DNA from: Ruditapes philippinarum
Lineage: Eukaryota
NCBI RefSeq assembly: GCF_026571515.1
Contig: NW_026852213.1
Coordinates: 1 to 64,000, forward strand
Reading direction: 5' to 3'
Length of the DNA: 64,000 nucleotides
Shown: positions 41,001 to 52,345 of the stretch, piece by piece
How positions within the stretch are numbered: the stretch's first letter is position 1
How the letters are laid out: the number at the start of each line of letters is the position of its first letter
The notes under the pieces: generated by a model
Told to the model about the DNA's origin: nothing
Databases searched by the model: none
Seen by the model: only the letters and a program-made list of their open reading frames with translations
Made by a program: the position numbers and the translations under genes

Positions 41001-44000
41001 CCAGACCAGCCTGCGCTTCCGCGCAGTCTGATCAGGATCCATGCTGTTCGCTTACCAACTCTATTACAAGTAGAAAAACTGATAGCGAACAGCATGGATC
41101 CTTATCAGACTGTTCGGATGCGCAGGCTGGTCTGGATCCATGCTGGTCGCAAATGCATTATGTTGGTTTTGTCGTGACGCGGCTCATATGTCTCAGTCTA
41201 TAACTATGTGACTGGTAAACATTGGATTTAGCGCCTCTTTAAAGAAACAACTAAAAAGCATGTTTACCAACCCAATGGTTAAATGTGTTCATTAAATATT
41301 CTGCAAAAACTATAAGCACAACATGCTTAATGGTTTGTAAATCTCTTTTCAGAAATTCCACTATTGATGATAAACGTCTACACTGCCTATAGCTAGAAAC
41401 AGACAAACTTACATATTGTAAAGTCGGCATTATAAATTAGGTACACACCAAAAACGTATATGAGTACATGGTGTATATGGGATTTTTCATACATTTGAAC
41501 GACTTTACGTATATAAACACATTAACAATGCCATGCCATTCTGTCGGGTTGTAATATTGTCGCTCCGCCGCTACAACAGCACGAATTGTTGCGTGGACGC
41601 TAAGTCAGACTAGTAAATAGCTGTGTCGTGTTGGCGACATCACCTTTTGTTTAAGTGTTCTTGCGTGGTATAAAGATGGTACCGTGTCATAAATCAGAAA
41701 GACAAATAAACAGTCATAAATGTTCGCGCCAAAACGACAACAACTTATATTTATACTTACACCCCAGGTCTCTGTATATTGTAGTTCCCATGAAGTCTTA
41801 GAGCACCGTTGTTTGCTATAAACAATTTACCAGTGTTTGTTACTTTAGGCCAATGAACATGGACAATGCGCATTCTGGAAAAAAAGAATAGTTCGACAAT
41901 CAGATATATCATACACGAGAGTTAATCTTACAGTATATACCAACCTTATAAACATTACAGAAAAAGTATATTAAACAAATTTACACATAATACAAGAGCA
42001 ATATGCTCAGTAGTTTTAGTTGTTTGTTCTACAGGTATATTATAACACATTTTTGTAAGCAGTAAAAAAGTAAATACAAATATTAACCCTTAACCTTCTG
42101 AATGTCTTAATTGGACTTATCCAGCTACTTTTTACCATCCATTTTAATTTTTGGTGGTATTGACTTGGAGATGAAAATTGTAAGTTGATACAGCATGGTC
42201 CGACTGCAGGGATGTACAGGCTGACCTGGCTCTATACTGGCGGCAAAGGCTGGTCAATGTCGGTTCCAGCATTGGGTGGGTTGATGGAATTGTTTGTTAA
42301 AGGAGATTCTAACATTACTTCTTCCAAAGCATTAAATATACATGACAAACATATACCAGGAGCTCCTGGCGTGTCACATTGATATTCATGGTAGAAAATA
42401 AGTGTGAAACCATCTTGATTATCAATGGCATACGCCGAAAGCCTGTGGTATATACATGTACATACATTCATTTTGAAACTTTATAAAAGGACAGAAAACT
42501 TCCACTTATTTGTCAAGCTGGAAAAACAATTACTCTACTCTCACTAAGCAATCAATATTTTACGATTCATAAAGCTCTATAATTCTCTACATGAAGAAAT
42601 GGCATAATGGTTGTTTTGCACGAAATTTGCGTGCCTGTAGATGACAACTGTAATCAGATAATGTTGATATTTTCAAATCTGTTTTCAAATAAACTGTTTT
42701 CAAAAGCTTAATCACACCATGTCACCAACAGACAAGGGAAAAAATAAAGTTAAAATAATAGAATAATGAGTCTATATTTGAAACATACTGTTTTCTGTAG
42801 AAGAACATGAAAGACAAAATATATAATTAAGTATACTATTTTATGTAAGAGTATTTAAGGAAATTTAAGATATAATACATTCTTTAATGACTTACTATAA
42901 TTTCTGTGATTATTAAAACAAACCTAAGTAAAACGATATCGAATGACTGCTCATAAAATTTAACATTTGCCTACCCTATTTTTTTCATCCAATTTTCTAT
43001 TTATTTATTAAACGATTTGCAATTTGGTCACATTATAGCATCCGAGATTTAGATGGGTATATATGGAAGGGTTAATTGTTTGGGCTGTCCGTAATCTGAT
43101 CTGTAATCTTGAGGTTGAAGAGAATGTTATGGAGCTTTTTTCTTTGTTGTTGTTTTTAATATATTGCATGTGAGTTTTTGTAACGCTTGTACAAGTTAGT
43201 TAACATTATTTATATTATATTATTATACTTAAAGCTGATAACCTTTTAATAACAAATGTCGTAGATAAAAGAACAAATGAGCCGCGCCATGACAAAACAA
43301 ACATAGAGCGTTTGCGACAATAATGAATCCAGACAAGCCTGCGCATCCGCGCAGTCTGATAAGGATCCATCCTGTTCGCATACAAACCCTTTTACAAGTA
43401 CAGAAACTGACAGCGAACAGCATGGATGCTGATCAGACTGCGTGGATGCGCAGGCTGGTCTGGATCCATGCTGGTCGCAATGCACTATGTTGGTTATGTC
43501 ATGGCACGGCTCAAATGATTACAAGACGTTTGACAAACGAATTTGCCGATGTCAAACAGGAAGTACACTCCAGAGGACAATAAATATTTTCATTATTCTA
43601 CATGTGTATGGACATTGATTGATATGCAATGATTTAAGCAATGTAGTAACTTAATTAAAGTCATATTGTTAACGCATACTTATCGCATACAAAAAAGACA
43701 ATATTTTGCCACCAGTACATAGCCATGACAGCCTTTGCACTCATGGAGGTTGAGCTCTACTGTTGGGTGACCAACTTGAGAATTTCGTCCTGATATCCTT
43801 AAGTTGTCTAAAGGCAGTTCCAAAAATGAAGTTGTGCAAGTCGTTTGGGGTTTACAAACCAAATATCAGTTTATCGCGGAAATGTTTTATCCTATATGTG
43901 AATTGCCGCAAAATAGTGTCCTATTAGTTACATTATATTTTACAAAGCAATTTGAATGCTTGAGTATACCTTTTTCGTAATAATAGTTTAGACATGCGAT

Positions 44001-45584
44001 TCCAGATTAGGAGATGTTTATTTTGATTTTTGTAATGTTTTATTTATTTATTGTTGATATCAAAACGTACTATATATTCGTCTGCTTTCCCTATTATCAA
44101 GCAGTATGTATACATGTATATTTCATATACTCGAAAAATCATTTGACAATCATGTATAAGAAATCTAAAACAAGAGATTTAAACTTCAGACTTACTCTGT
44201 GAACCTGTAGTGAACCTTGCCAACTTGGCCAACCTGGTCAGGTACCACATGTTCGAGCAGCTTGTCCTGTAAATTCTCCATCAATTTCTGGTAATACAAT
44301 TTATACAAATACGAAATTAAACAACCCATCTCTATTATTTACTTTATCACGAAAATTAAAACTACGTTGTATTTTATAAACAGATGCTGCATGGAATGCT
44401 AGCTTTTCAATTATACTGGAATTTGTAAAGCATTATATGTATGTATATATTGTATTAAAGTGGTAACATACTGTTGATAATGATTCAAACTTCATTTGCA
44501 TGTACTTTATGTTGTTAATTGTTATACTATTACAATAGTGTTGCTGTATACAACATAGTGTATAAAAACGATAAAGTATAGAAAATACCAATCGCAACTT
44601 TCCGGCCCTTCCGTCAGTCTTCGGATACAGGCACATATTATTGATAACAGCCGAGATGTTCCGATTGAGAAAAAAATCACATTACAACAGATCGAGATAT
44701 TTATTAATTTATAAAATAATTTATTGTGTTTGAGGTTTTCACCTTTTTGTACTAATAGTTCCACCATATACAAATGACCAATGACTGCCTACTGTGTTTG
44801 AAGTCCGGAGTCTGAGTCTGTGCAAATCTGTTCTCAACAATTATGACCAACTTTTATCATCTGAATGAATCAACCATACCTGATTAGCTGGAAATATAAT
44901 GTGTTGCTGACAGTTGTCATTATAAAGAAATAGTTGCATACAGTTTATATTCAATATTTGTAAAAAAAAAAGTTAAAACAGTAATAGTAATCAACTTTCG
45001 CAATTTCTAAATGATTTCAATTACACGTGTATATATAATAATATAAAATTTACAACGCAAAATAATACAGTTAAACGATATACTTGTATACAACGGAATC
45101 ACTTCGGAACAAGCGTACATTTACGCTCAAAGCATAAGACGCAGAATAATTGATGAAAAGGTCCTATCGGACATTGTGACACACGAGTTATATGGATCAA
45201 AACGCTCAAGCATTATATGTATCATAGAATGTAAACAGATATCGATATAGTCTCAAAAATAAACCCATTTCATCAATAGTGCAATTATTACTATCACTTT
45301 TATAGAGTGGTTTGGGCTGTTTCACTATGATTGAAAAAAAAATCAAATTAAGAGTAGAGTCCAATAAACGTATGAAATTTAATAAGAGTACAGTTCAATG
45401 TCTAATTATGCCGGACGCGTACACATACTACCGCAAACATGTATGGACAAGATGCTCAAAAGATGCGTGAGCATACCCTATTAAAATGCGTACATTTAGG
45501 TGTACACACACATATTTTATTATCTGAGTCATTCTTTGAACGTATATGAAGACATAATAACAATACCGTAAACAGAAGAGCCAT
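31796..45584 (-). CDS. LBP/BPI (TULIP) N-terminal-domain-like protein, single domain, about 294 aa, 7 predicted exons
   Basis: Phase-compatible GT-AG exons: 45584-45477 (uncertain), 44287-44196, 41874-41761, 36898-36822, 35615-35413, 34234-34171, 32022-31796. The translation LQDKLLEHVVPDQVGQVGKVHYRFTEMRIVHVHWP...LRLHGNYNI...KTGEFVFDLG...VTCTVGIIKVKFQGGAARLCQFL...YRRHLEAQIAKVIQEAV...LLSALT follows the motif order of the BPI/LBP N-domain. Confidence 0.7.
34171..34234 (-). CDS. LBP/BPI-like exon
   Basis: IAKVIQEAVQDDGQILLSALT; tttcag acceptor, CAG|GTATG donor. Confidence 0.78.
35280..35368 (+). mobile_element. SINE central-domain fragment
   Basis: Degenerate match to the body of the 45952-46213 family. 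Confidence 0.5.
35413..35615 (-). CDS. LBP/BPI-like exon with His/Arg-rich segment
   Basis: GC-rich open frame SQPSPPRRSRHHNQHRPTHHHRHRPLPHDVTCTVG...LEAQ; CAG|GTAAT donor. Confidence 0.78.
36822..36898 (-). CDS. LBP/BPI-like exon
   Basis: LGYNKTGEFVFDLGAICLTIKDNST; CAG|GTAAGC donor. Confidence 0.78.
37874..37958. repeat. Near-perfect inverted repeat (about 38-bp arms)
   Basis: tataaatacaggattta...gtggtatgaaa pairs with tttcataccac...taaatcctgtgtttata. Confidence 0.85.
38862..39100. mobile_element. Palindromic MITE (about 240 bp)
   Basis: About 100-bp inverted arms, ATGAGCCG...GACCAGCATGGATCC...GCTGTTCGCT. Confidence 0.9.
39256..39319. mobile_element. Palindromic MITE, partial arm
   Basis: Matches the right arm of the family. 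Confidence 0.8.
40354..40491. repeat. Long inverted repeat (about 65-bp arms)
   Basis: aagtgttttcataatg...catattagcct pairs with aggctaatatg...cattatgaaaacactt. Confidence 0.85.
40951..41187. mobile_element. Palindromic MITE
   Basis: Full copy; its central spacer is inverted relative to the 38862 copy. Confidence 0.9.
41761..41874 (-). CDS. LBP/BPI-like exon
   Basis: tttttttccag acceptor; MRIVHVHWPKVTNTGKLFIANNGALRLHGNYNIQRPG; GTAAGT donor. Confidence 0.78.
42083..42284. mobile_element. Degenerate TTAA-flanked MITE
   Basis: TTAACCCTT...GGGTTGA ends; related remnant at 62720-62902. Confidence 0.55.
43277..43514. mobile_element. Palindromic MITE
   Basis: Full, more diverged copy. Confidence 0.88.
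44196..44287 (-). CDS. LBP/BPI-like exon
   Basis: KLMENLQDKLLEHVVPDQVGQVGKVHYRFT; GA|GTAAGT donor. Confidence 0.75.
45477..45584 (-). CDS. Candidate first coding exon (signal peptide) of the LBP/BPI-like gene
   Basis: MALLFTVLLLCLHIRS...; donor AGG|GTATGC, phase 0; an upstream tttcag acceptor and a GAG|GTGAGT donor near 45665 suggest a UTR exon. Confidence 0.4.
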
Positions 45585-45951
45585 ATGATTATGAAAATCT
45601 GAAATATCATTACGCGCGCTTGAGGACAATTGTACAGGAAACATATGTTACGTAAGATCACTCACCTCATGTTACAATCCAAATGAAATCCTAAAGGAAC
45701 TACTTTTTCCCCTGAGTGAAATAGTCAATACAATACGTGTAACATACTATATTGTCATCATTTAATCTCTGTATGAATATGCCTTTAACAGATTGATCGA
45801 TATATTTAGCTGGTCTGACTCGAAGTTTTCCATTTTCACGCTGATCGAGAGTTTGTATCGATTATTGCGCTGTGAAATCTTCCTCCGTCGCTGGCGGTCC
45901 TGTAACCGAATGCTCCGCGGTACGGTAAATAAAATAAATAAATATGTAAGT

Positions 45952-46213
45952 TTGTTTGTTTGTTTTGGGTTTTACGTCACATCGACAGATAATAGGTCAT
46001 ATCGCGACGTTCCAGCTTTACTGGTGGAGGAAGACCACAGGTGCCCTTCCGTGCAATATTTCAGACACGAACGGGCACCTGAGTAGAACCACCGACGTTC
46101 CGTAAGCTAGCTGCATAGCTTCCTCACATGAAAGAATCCAAGGTCCCTGTCGGGATTTGAACCCACAGCGGTGAGGGGCAAGTGGTTTGAAGCCACTCGG
46201 CCACGGACGCCCC
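45952..46213 (-). mobile_element. tRNA-derived SINE
   Basis: A box GTGGCCGAGTGG, B box GGTTCAAATCC, (AAAC)n tail, 12-bp TSD AAATATGTAAGT. Confidence 0.9.
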
Positions 46214-46671
46214 AAATATGTAAGTATTAAGTTTAATATATGCTGATATAACAACTTACATTTATCGCTTTCTCCTTTACAATAATTCCCTCTTTCTATT
46301 CACAAATAACAATTGTTTGATTTTAATTTAATGGGTGTAATTGTTATCTATAGTTTTTATCATGTGACAAGGCATTTGTTTATCATTGGATACATCATAC
46401 AACAGAGACGCGTGCCTGATCAAACCTGGCTATCTCATACGTAATATTTGATAACTCTTTATCTGTTGATAACAATGTTGTTATTCTGCATGAATTTTTT
46501 AATTGGTACACAATTACTCTGGTAACAATAACGACTTTCACTTTCATTTGAACCAAATTTACATTATATTAAATATCGTTCAATACTCGATATATAATTT
46601 TTCCAATATATCTACTCATGACCCTTGTAACTAAGTACTTATGATGTTATATTAAGGATGTGAACTATCTA

Positions 46672-48403
46672 AACAAGAGCCATGTCAACAAAGCCATCCC
46701 CCGCCGAATGTGTTTGCTCATTGTAAGAATGTATATGTAGTAGAGCAGAATAATTCAATTTTAAAACGTTTTCTGGTAATGAAAACTGATGGCTGAAGTG
46801 ATTACAGATTTGAAACCTATGTGAATACTGATGGCTGAAAATAACAAAGAGCAATAACTGAAAAATAATGATCGGTAGCGTTATCATTCTTATGCGCGGC
46901 CCTCCTCCTCAATGAGATAAGTTGATACCTCTAACACTTTTGAGATAAGGTCCGGACAAAAAGTATGAAAAATAACAAAGGGCAATAACTCAAAAAATAT
47001 AAAGGGTAGAGTTATCATTCTTGCGCACATCATTCCTCCTCAATAAGATAAATCCACCTATGAAGTTTCATGTTGACATCTCAAATACTTTTTAAGTTAT
47101 ACTCCACTCAGGTGAAAAATTAAGTATGAAAAGTAACAAAGGGCAATAATGAAGGGTAGAGTTATCACTCGTGTGCACTGCAAACCTCCTAAGTGAGATC
47201 TATCCACCTATGAAGTTTCATATTGATATCTCAAATGTTTTTTTTTACTTATGATCTGGACAAAAAATAAGTTTAAAAAAATACCAAAGGGCAATAACTG
47301 AAAAAATTATGCAGGGTAGAAATATCATTCTTGTGCACTGAACTCCTCAATATGATCTATCCACCTATTAAGCTTCAAGTTGATACCTCAAATACTTTTA
47401 GAGATATGCTCCTGAAAAACATGTCAGACGAAAGGACGGACATACTGATGGACGAAAGGACAGAAAGACGGACAGAGACTAAGTTACACTTTGAGTTTCA
47501 AGTGAATACCTTATATCGTAAATACTTTATAAGTTACTGTCTGGACAAAAAATAAGCATGAAAAATAACAAAGGGCAATAACTGAAAAATTATGGACGGT
47601 AGCGTTATCATTCTTGTGCGCTGCCCTCTTCCTCAATGAGATCAATCCACCTATGAAGTTTCAAGTGGATACTTGTAAAACTTTAGAGATAAGCTCCGGA
47701 CAAATAATATGAAAAATAAAAAGGGCAATAACTCAAAAACTATAAATAGTAGAGTAATCATTCTTGCGCACAGCATTCTTCCTAAATAAGATCTATCCAC
47801 CTATGAAGTTTCATGTTGACATCTCAAAGATATTTTGAGTTATGCTCCACTCAGGAAAAAAATTAGAATGAAAAATAACAAAGCGCAATAACTCAAAAAT
47901 TATGAAGGGTAGAGTTATCATTATTGTGCACTGCACACCTCCTGAGTGAGATCTATCCACCTATGAAGTTTCATGTTAATATCTCAAAGGCTTTTTAGTT
48001 ATGCTCTGGACAAAAATTAAGTATAATAATAACAAAGGGCAATAACTGAAAAATAATGCAAGGTAGGTTATCATTCTTGTGCGCTGCACTCCTCTTCATG
48101 GACATATATCCACCTAATATAAAGTATGAAGTTTCAAGTTGATACCTCTAACTCTTTTTGAGATAAGCTCCGGACAAAATAGTATGAAAAACAACAAAGG
48201 GCAATAACTAAAAACTTATGCAGGGTAGAGTTATCATTCATGCGCACAGCATTCCTCCTCAATGAGATACTTTTTGAGATATGCTCCGGACAAAAAAGTC
48301 GGACGGAAGGACGGACTGACGGAAGGATGGATGGAAGGACAGACGGACGAAGATTATTTCTATACCTCCCAACCCCCCCCCCCCCTTTCCGCGGGGGATA
48401 ATA
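46672..48403 (+). mobile_element. Non-autonomous Helentron-like element with an internal tandem array of about 155-160-bp units
   Basis: AACAAGAG start; about 9 units marked by AAAATAACAAAGGGCAATAACT; (GGAC/GGAA)n microsatellite; CCCC..GGGG hairpin and ATAA end. Confidence 0.8.
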
Positions 48404-48916
48404 AACAGAAAATATAACAATTTTCTGTTTTGATATTTAAAATGAACGTGGTACTGTATATATGATTTGTTGGGAATGATTTACATTTAACAATATCATC
48501 ACTTAATTTTTGATAATATTATTTTAAAATAGTTGGAAATGAAGTTATCATACTTATGAGAATTTACGTACATCAAAATAAAAAGGAAACAATTATCTCC
48601 CATAACGTAAACAATACGGATGGTAAAATGCAACACGGTCTGTATTTTTATGTAGCTTGTTGGTAAGAAGTAACTTCACTTACTCTCTTATTTTCAATCT
48701 GGCAAGTGAATGAACTTCTCCATATAAAACATCAAAGAGAGTTATCAACATGTCAATGACACCAACACCATCCATTCTAAATGCTGAATACAATGTATTT
48801 TGTTCCACAGTGTTTTGTGCCTCGTTAATCATTCGCCGGGCATCACAGACAAATTAATTTAAAGACAGTAAATGATAAATTACCGTGTTTAGTAGCAGTT
48901 AGATAATCTTATTTAT

Positions 48917-48978
48917 TGCGGATGCGCGGGCAGGTCTCGATCAATGCTGGTCTCAAACGCACTATGTTGGCGGCTCAT
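48917..48978. mobile_element. Palindromic MITE fragment
   Basis: gcggatgcgc...atgctggtc...actatgttgg. Confidence 0.7.
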
Positions 48979-50339
48979 TTATATTCGATGACTACATTAT
49001 CAATTCTCAAATTTTCATATTATTTTAACGACTTTGGAAATCTGAGTGACCTTGACCTTAGCTAAAGTTTCACTCAGCACGATGCCTTCATATGTAATTT
49101 ATAAAACAATCAATCTATGTATTAGAAGTTTCACTATAGACAAACGTTTCCTCAAACCTCTGTGACCTTGACATGACGGTGAACATGAAGAGCCTTCCAT
49201 GCTTGTAGAAGATATGCTTCGGACAAATTGTGACATTTCACCATGCCTGGTGACATGATATATGCTAAACTCGTTCATAATTCATAGAAAATATTCTCTC
49301 CCTCTTCTATATATTTTATCTATCTCTGAATATGCCAACCCTCTCGTGAGTGTTATAGGCAGTATTAAATTGTCCCTACACCTTTTTTTATATTTTTAGC
49401 CAAATATGACTTTGACTGCAAGGACACGAATTTTGCGCGTGACACACTACCTCTGTGTTTCAATTTTTCATTTGAATGCATGGCACAACACATTTGCTTA
49501 ACTTGTGTAATTGTGCCGAACACATAAATTCTCAAAGGCGGTTTAATTTTGTTCTAAACAACATTCATAAAGAATGAACTATTGAAACTGCTACATTTAG
49601 AAATTTGTATCCTTGTAAATAATAACAATAAAATATGAAATCTACCAAATTTTTACACAAAAAATCAGAACTAGAACCTAAGTAACTTATCCACAGGGGA
49701 TGAAGTTTAAAACATAAAAACAACATTGCCTAAACTAAATTAGTTATAACAATTGTTTCAATTTACATAAAAAATATTCACACTTCTTCAGTTTTGTCAA
49801 CATCTTTTCAGATTATTGTTCAATAAAACAACATTATAAAATGCAATGAATATTTTGAAATCTTACCAATTTAGAACATTTTTGTAGTCTTTGTAAATAA
49901 TAACAATACAAATATTAATATTTTACAATTTATTTTTAATCACAAAAAAAAATCAAGAAATAAATATCCCATACGTAACATTATATTACAATTAATTTAA
50001 AAATATAAAAAACTAAGGGCAATGTTAAACTAAATATAAGTTATCAACAAAATTTCCATTTCAAGTACATAATTATAAAATATTCACAATTCATTCCTCT
50101 CACCTTTTTTTCAACATTCTTTCCAACCATCTCAAAGCCTTATTGGCCTGTTGTAATGGCCTAAACTACCTATTTACCACCTTGCACATCAGTATACAAA
50201 CACAATACAAATTTAGGTACTAAGTAAATACTGTTTATATATTCTCATTCTAAATCATCTATTTTTCATAATAAAACAAAATCATTAAATGTAATGAAAA
50301 TATTTTATCAAAATCTATGTGAAATAAAATTTGACATCT

Positions 50340-50795
50340 TTTATAATTCACAGAAGATGTGGGCATTATAGATATTCATATAGTAGATATGCTCTGGGAA
50401 ATATCTGGAAAATATCTGGTTATATTATCATCTCTAGTGATTTTTTTTATCTGAATTTTGACCCGTGTGACCATGACCGAAGGGACCTAATTTTGCATGC
50501 GACACTGCCTCACAATAGTACACATTTGTGCCAAATTATATTGAAAACCCTCAATGCATGTAGAAGTTTTGCTCTATACAAGTGTTTTTCGATGACCTCT
50601 AAGTGTGACCTTGACCTTTGGCCTAGAGACCTGGCTCATGCACATGAACTGCTTCTCATAGTGGTGAACATTTGTTTGAAGTTTCATTAAAATTCTTCCA
50701 TGGGTGTAGAAGATATGCTCTGGAGAAAAATTGGATGCTGGGGCGGCACCCACCAGGAAGTAAACTATGACTTGTTTTTCAAATAGGCATAACAA
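50340..50795 (+). mobile_element. Degenerate Helentron-like element
   Basis: GTGACCTTGACCTTTG motifs and a GGCATAACAAAA end; related scraps at 49030-49470. Confidence 0.5.
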
Positions 50796-51236
50796 AAAAA
50801 TTCAGGGAACAAAAAACGACTGATAAAATGCTCATCTAAGTGTATTTTACTAAAACACTTTACAAGCACTTACAAATTGTACTACTTTTAAACTAACTTT
50901 CAATCTAAAAATAAATAATTTGATATATTTTGTATCATATAATCAGTGCAAATAATTAAATTAAAATAAAATCACATAATGATATATAGTAAATAATAAA
51001 TGTAACATGAAGCAAAATTGTTACAAAAACATTTACAAAAAGGGCCATGCTGCTACAAAATAACACTTAATATTTATCAAAGATGGGCAAAAAAAATTAT
51101 AAAGAAATGAATGCCAAGAGCAGTCTGTCAAAACACCAGTCAATGTTGCTACACATTACCAGTATTCAAAAGGGTAACTTCACAAAGGGAAGAGTATTTG
51201 ATGTCTGGTGTTACTGTGTTTTTGAAATGTTTTAAT

Positions 51237-51512
51237 TTTGTTTGTTCAATTGGGTTTTACGTCACACCGACACAGTATAGGTCATTTGGCGACATTCCAG
51301 TTTTACTGGTGGAGGAAGTCCTCAGGTGCCCTTCCTTGCATTATTTCAGCCACAACCGGGCACCAGAGAAGAACCACCGACGTTCCATAAGCTAGCTGGA
51401 TAGCTTCCTCACATGAAAGAATCCAAAGTCCCTGTCAGGATTTGAACCCACAGCGGTGAGGGGCAAGTGGTTTAAAGTCAACAACTTTAACCACTCAACC
51501 ACGGATGCCCCT
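51237..51512 (-). mobile_element. tRNA-derived SINE, same family as 45952-46213
   Basis: High similarity to that copy; 12-bp TSD AAATGTTTTAAT. Confidence 0.9.
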
Positions 51513-52266
51513 AAATGTTTTAATACAAATTACATAATTGTTGAGGTGAAATTGGTTCATGTTTATGTATGATAACAGTTTGTGACTTTGCTGCCATTTG
51601 TCATGCATTTTCAATAATAAAAATATTTATACAATTATGTTTTACAATTTTATCTTTGTACAAATTTGTTCTGAATTGAAAATGATGTTAAGCACACAAA
51701 AAATCTTTAAAACTAAAATCCATGCTGTAATACACAAGAATGCAAAAGAGGCAATTATTATATTAAGTTGTCCATGACAACTTAAATACACACAACATAA
51801 GTAAGTTTTAATTTATCATTAAAAATATAACCAATGTGTACAACTTATCTCCATGCAAAACTATTGTCGATTATTTCCTAAAACATCTTTGCATTGGGAT
51901 CTTTCCCACAACTATAAAATATACTTAATACCTCAATACATAAACACATGCTGAAGTTTACCCTCCCCCCTACATGAAAAAACACAAACACGGAGATCAA
52001 CTAGAAATAATAATCATCTTGCTATTTTTTCACTCTTAATGGATTTAGACCAACCAGTCAGATTTCAAAAGCATCTGATTGGTTGAAATAATTCTTTTTT
52101 TAAACTGACCAACAGAATTTCAGCATTTGTATCTTTACCAGACTATGTCACATAAACAACTTTTCATATCACACTAAGGCACTTAATTAAGTAAACTTAA
52201 ATAAATGAAGTTGTCTTGATTGTAGAACTAATTTTTACAGTATATAATAAATGTCCATAGTGATGA

Positions 52267-52345
52267 TCAAACAAATGTGGTTGCTAGGGTAGATATTGTC
52301 CTGTCTTTCAATGGCAAAGTTATACTGTCAAGATAATGATGAAAC
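52267..52345 (-). CDS. ATAD5: ATAD5 last coding exon
   Basis: RFHHYLDSITLPLKDRTISTLATTFV then TGA; tttcag acceptor. Confidence 0.92.

Noticed and set aside
38872-43583. ORFs such as MDPDQPAHPRSLIRIHAVR
   Set aside because: They are translations of the palindromic MITE, not genes.
43740-43808. Alternative terminal exon (QLKDIRTKFSSWSPNSRAQPP*)
   Set aside because: In phase, but the acceptor is weak and it has no homology; exon 41874 continues the BPI pattern.
45952-46213. tRNA gene
   Set aside because: The A/B boxes belong to a SINE head with body, tail and TSD; there is no full cloverleaf.
49560-50110. Diverged tandem duplication of about 270 bp (and a 50-bp duplicate at about 53360 and 53840)
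   Set aside because: Real but AT-rich local duplications with no functional signal.
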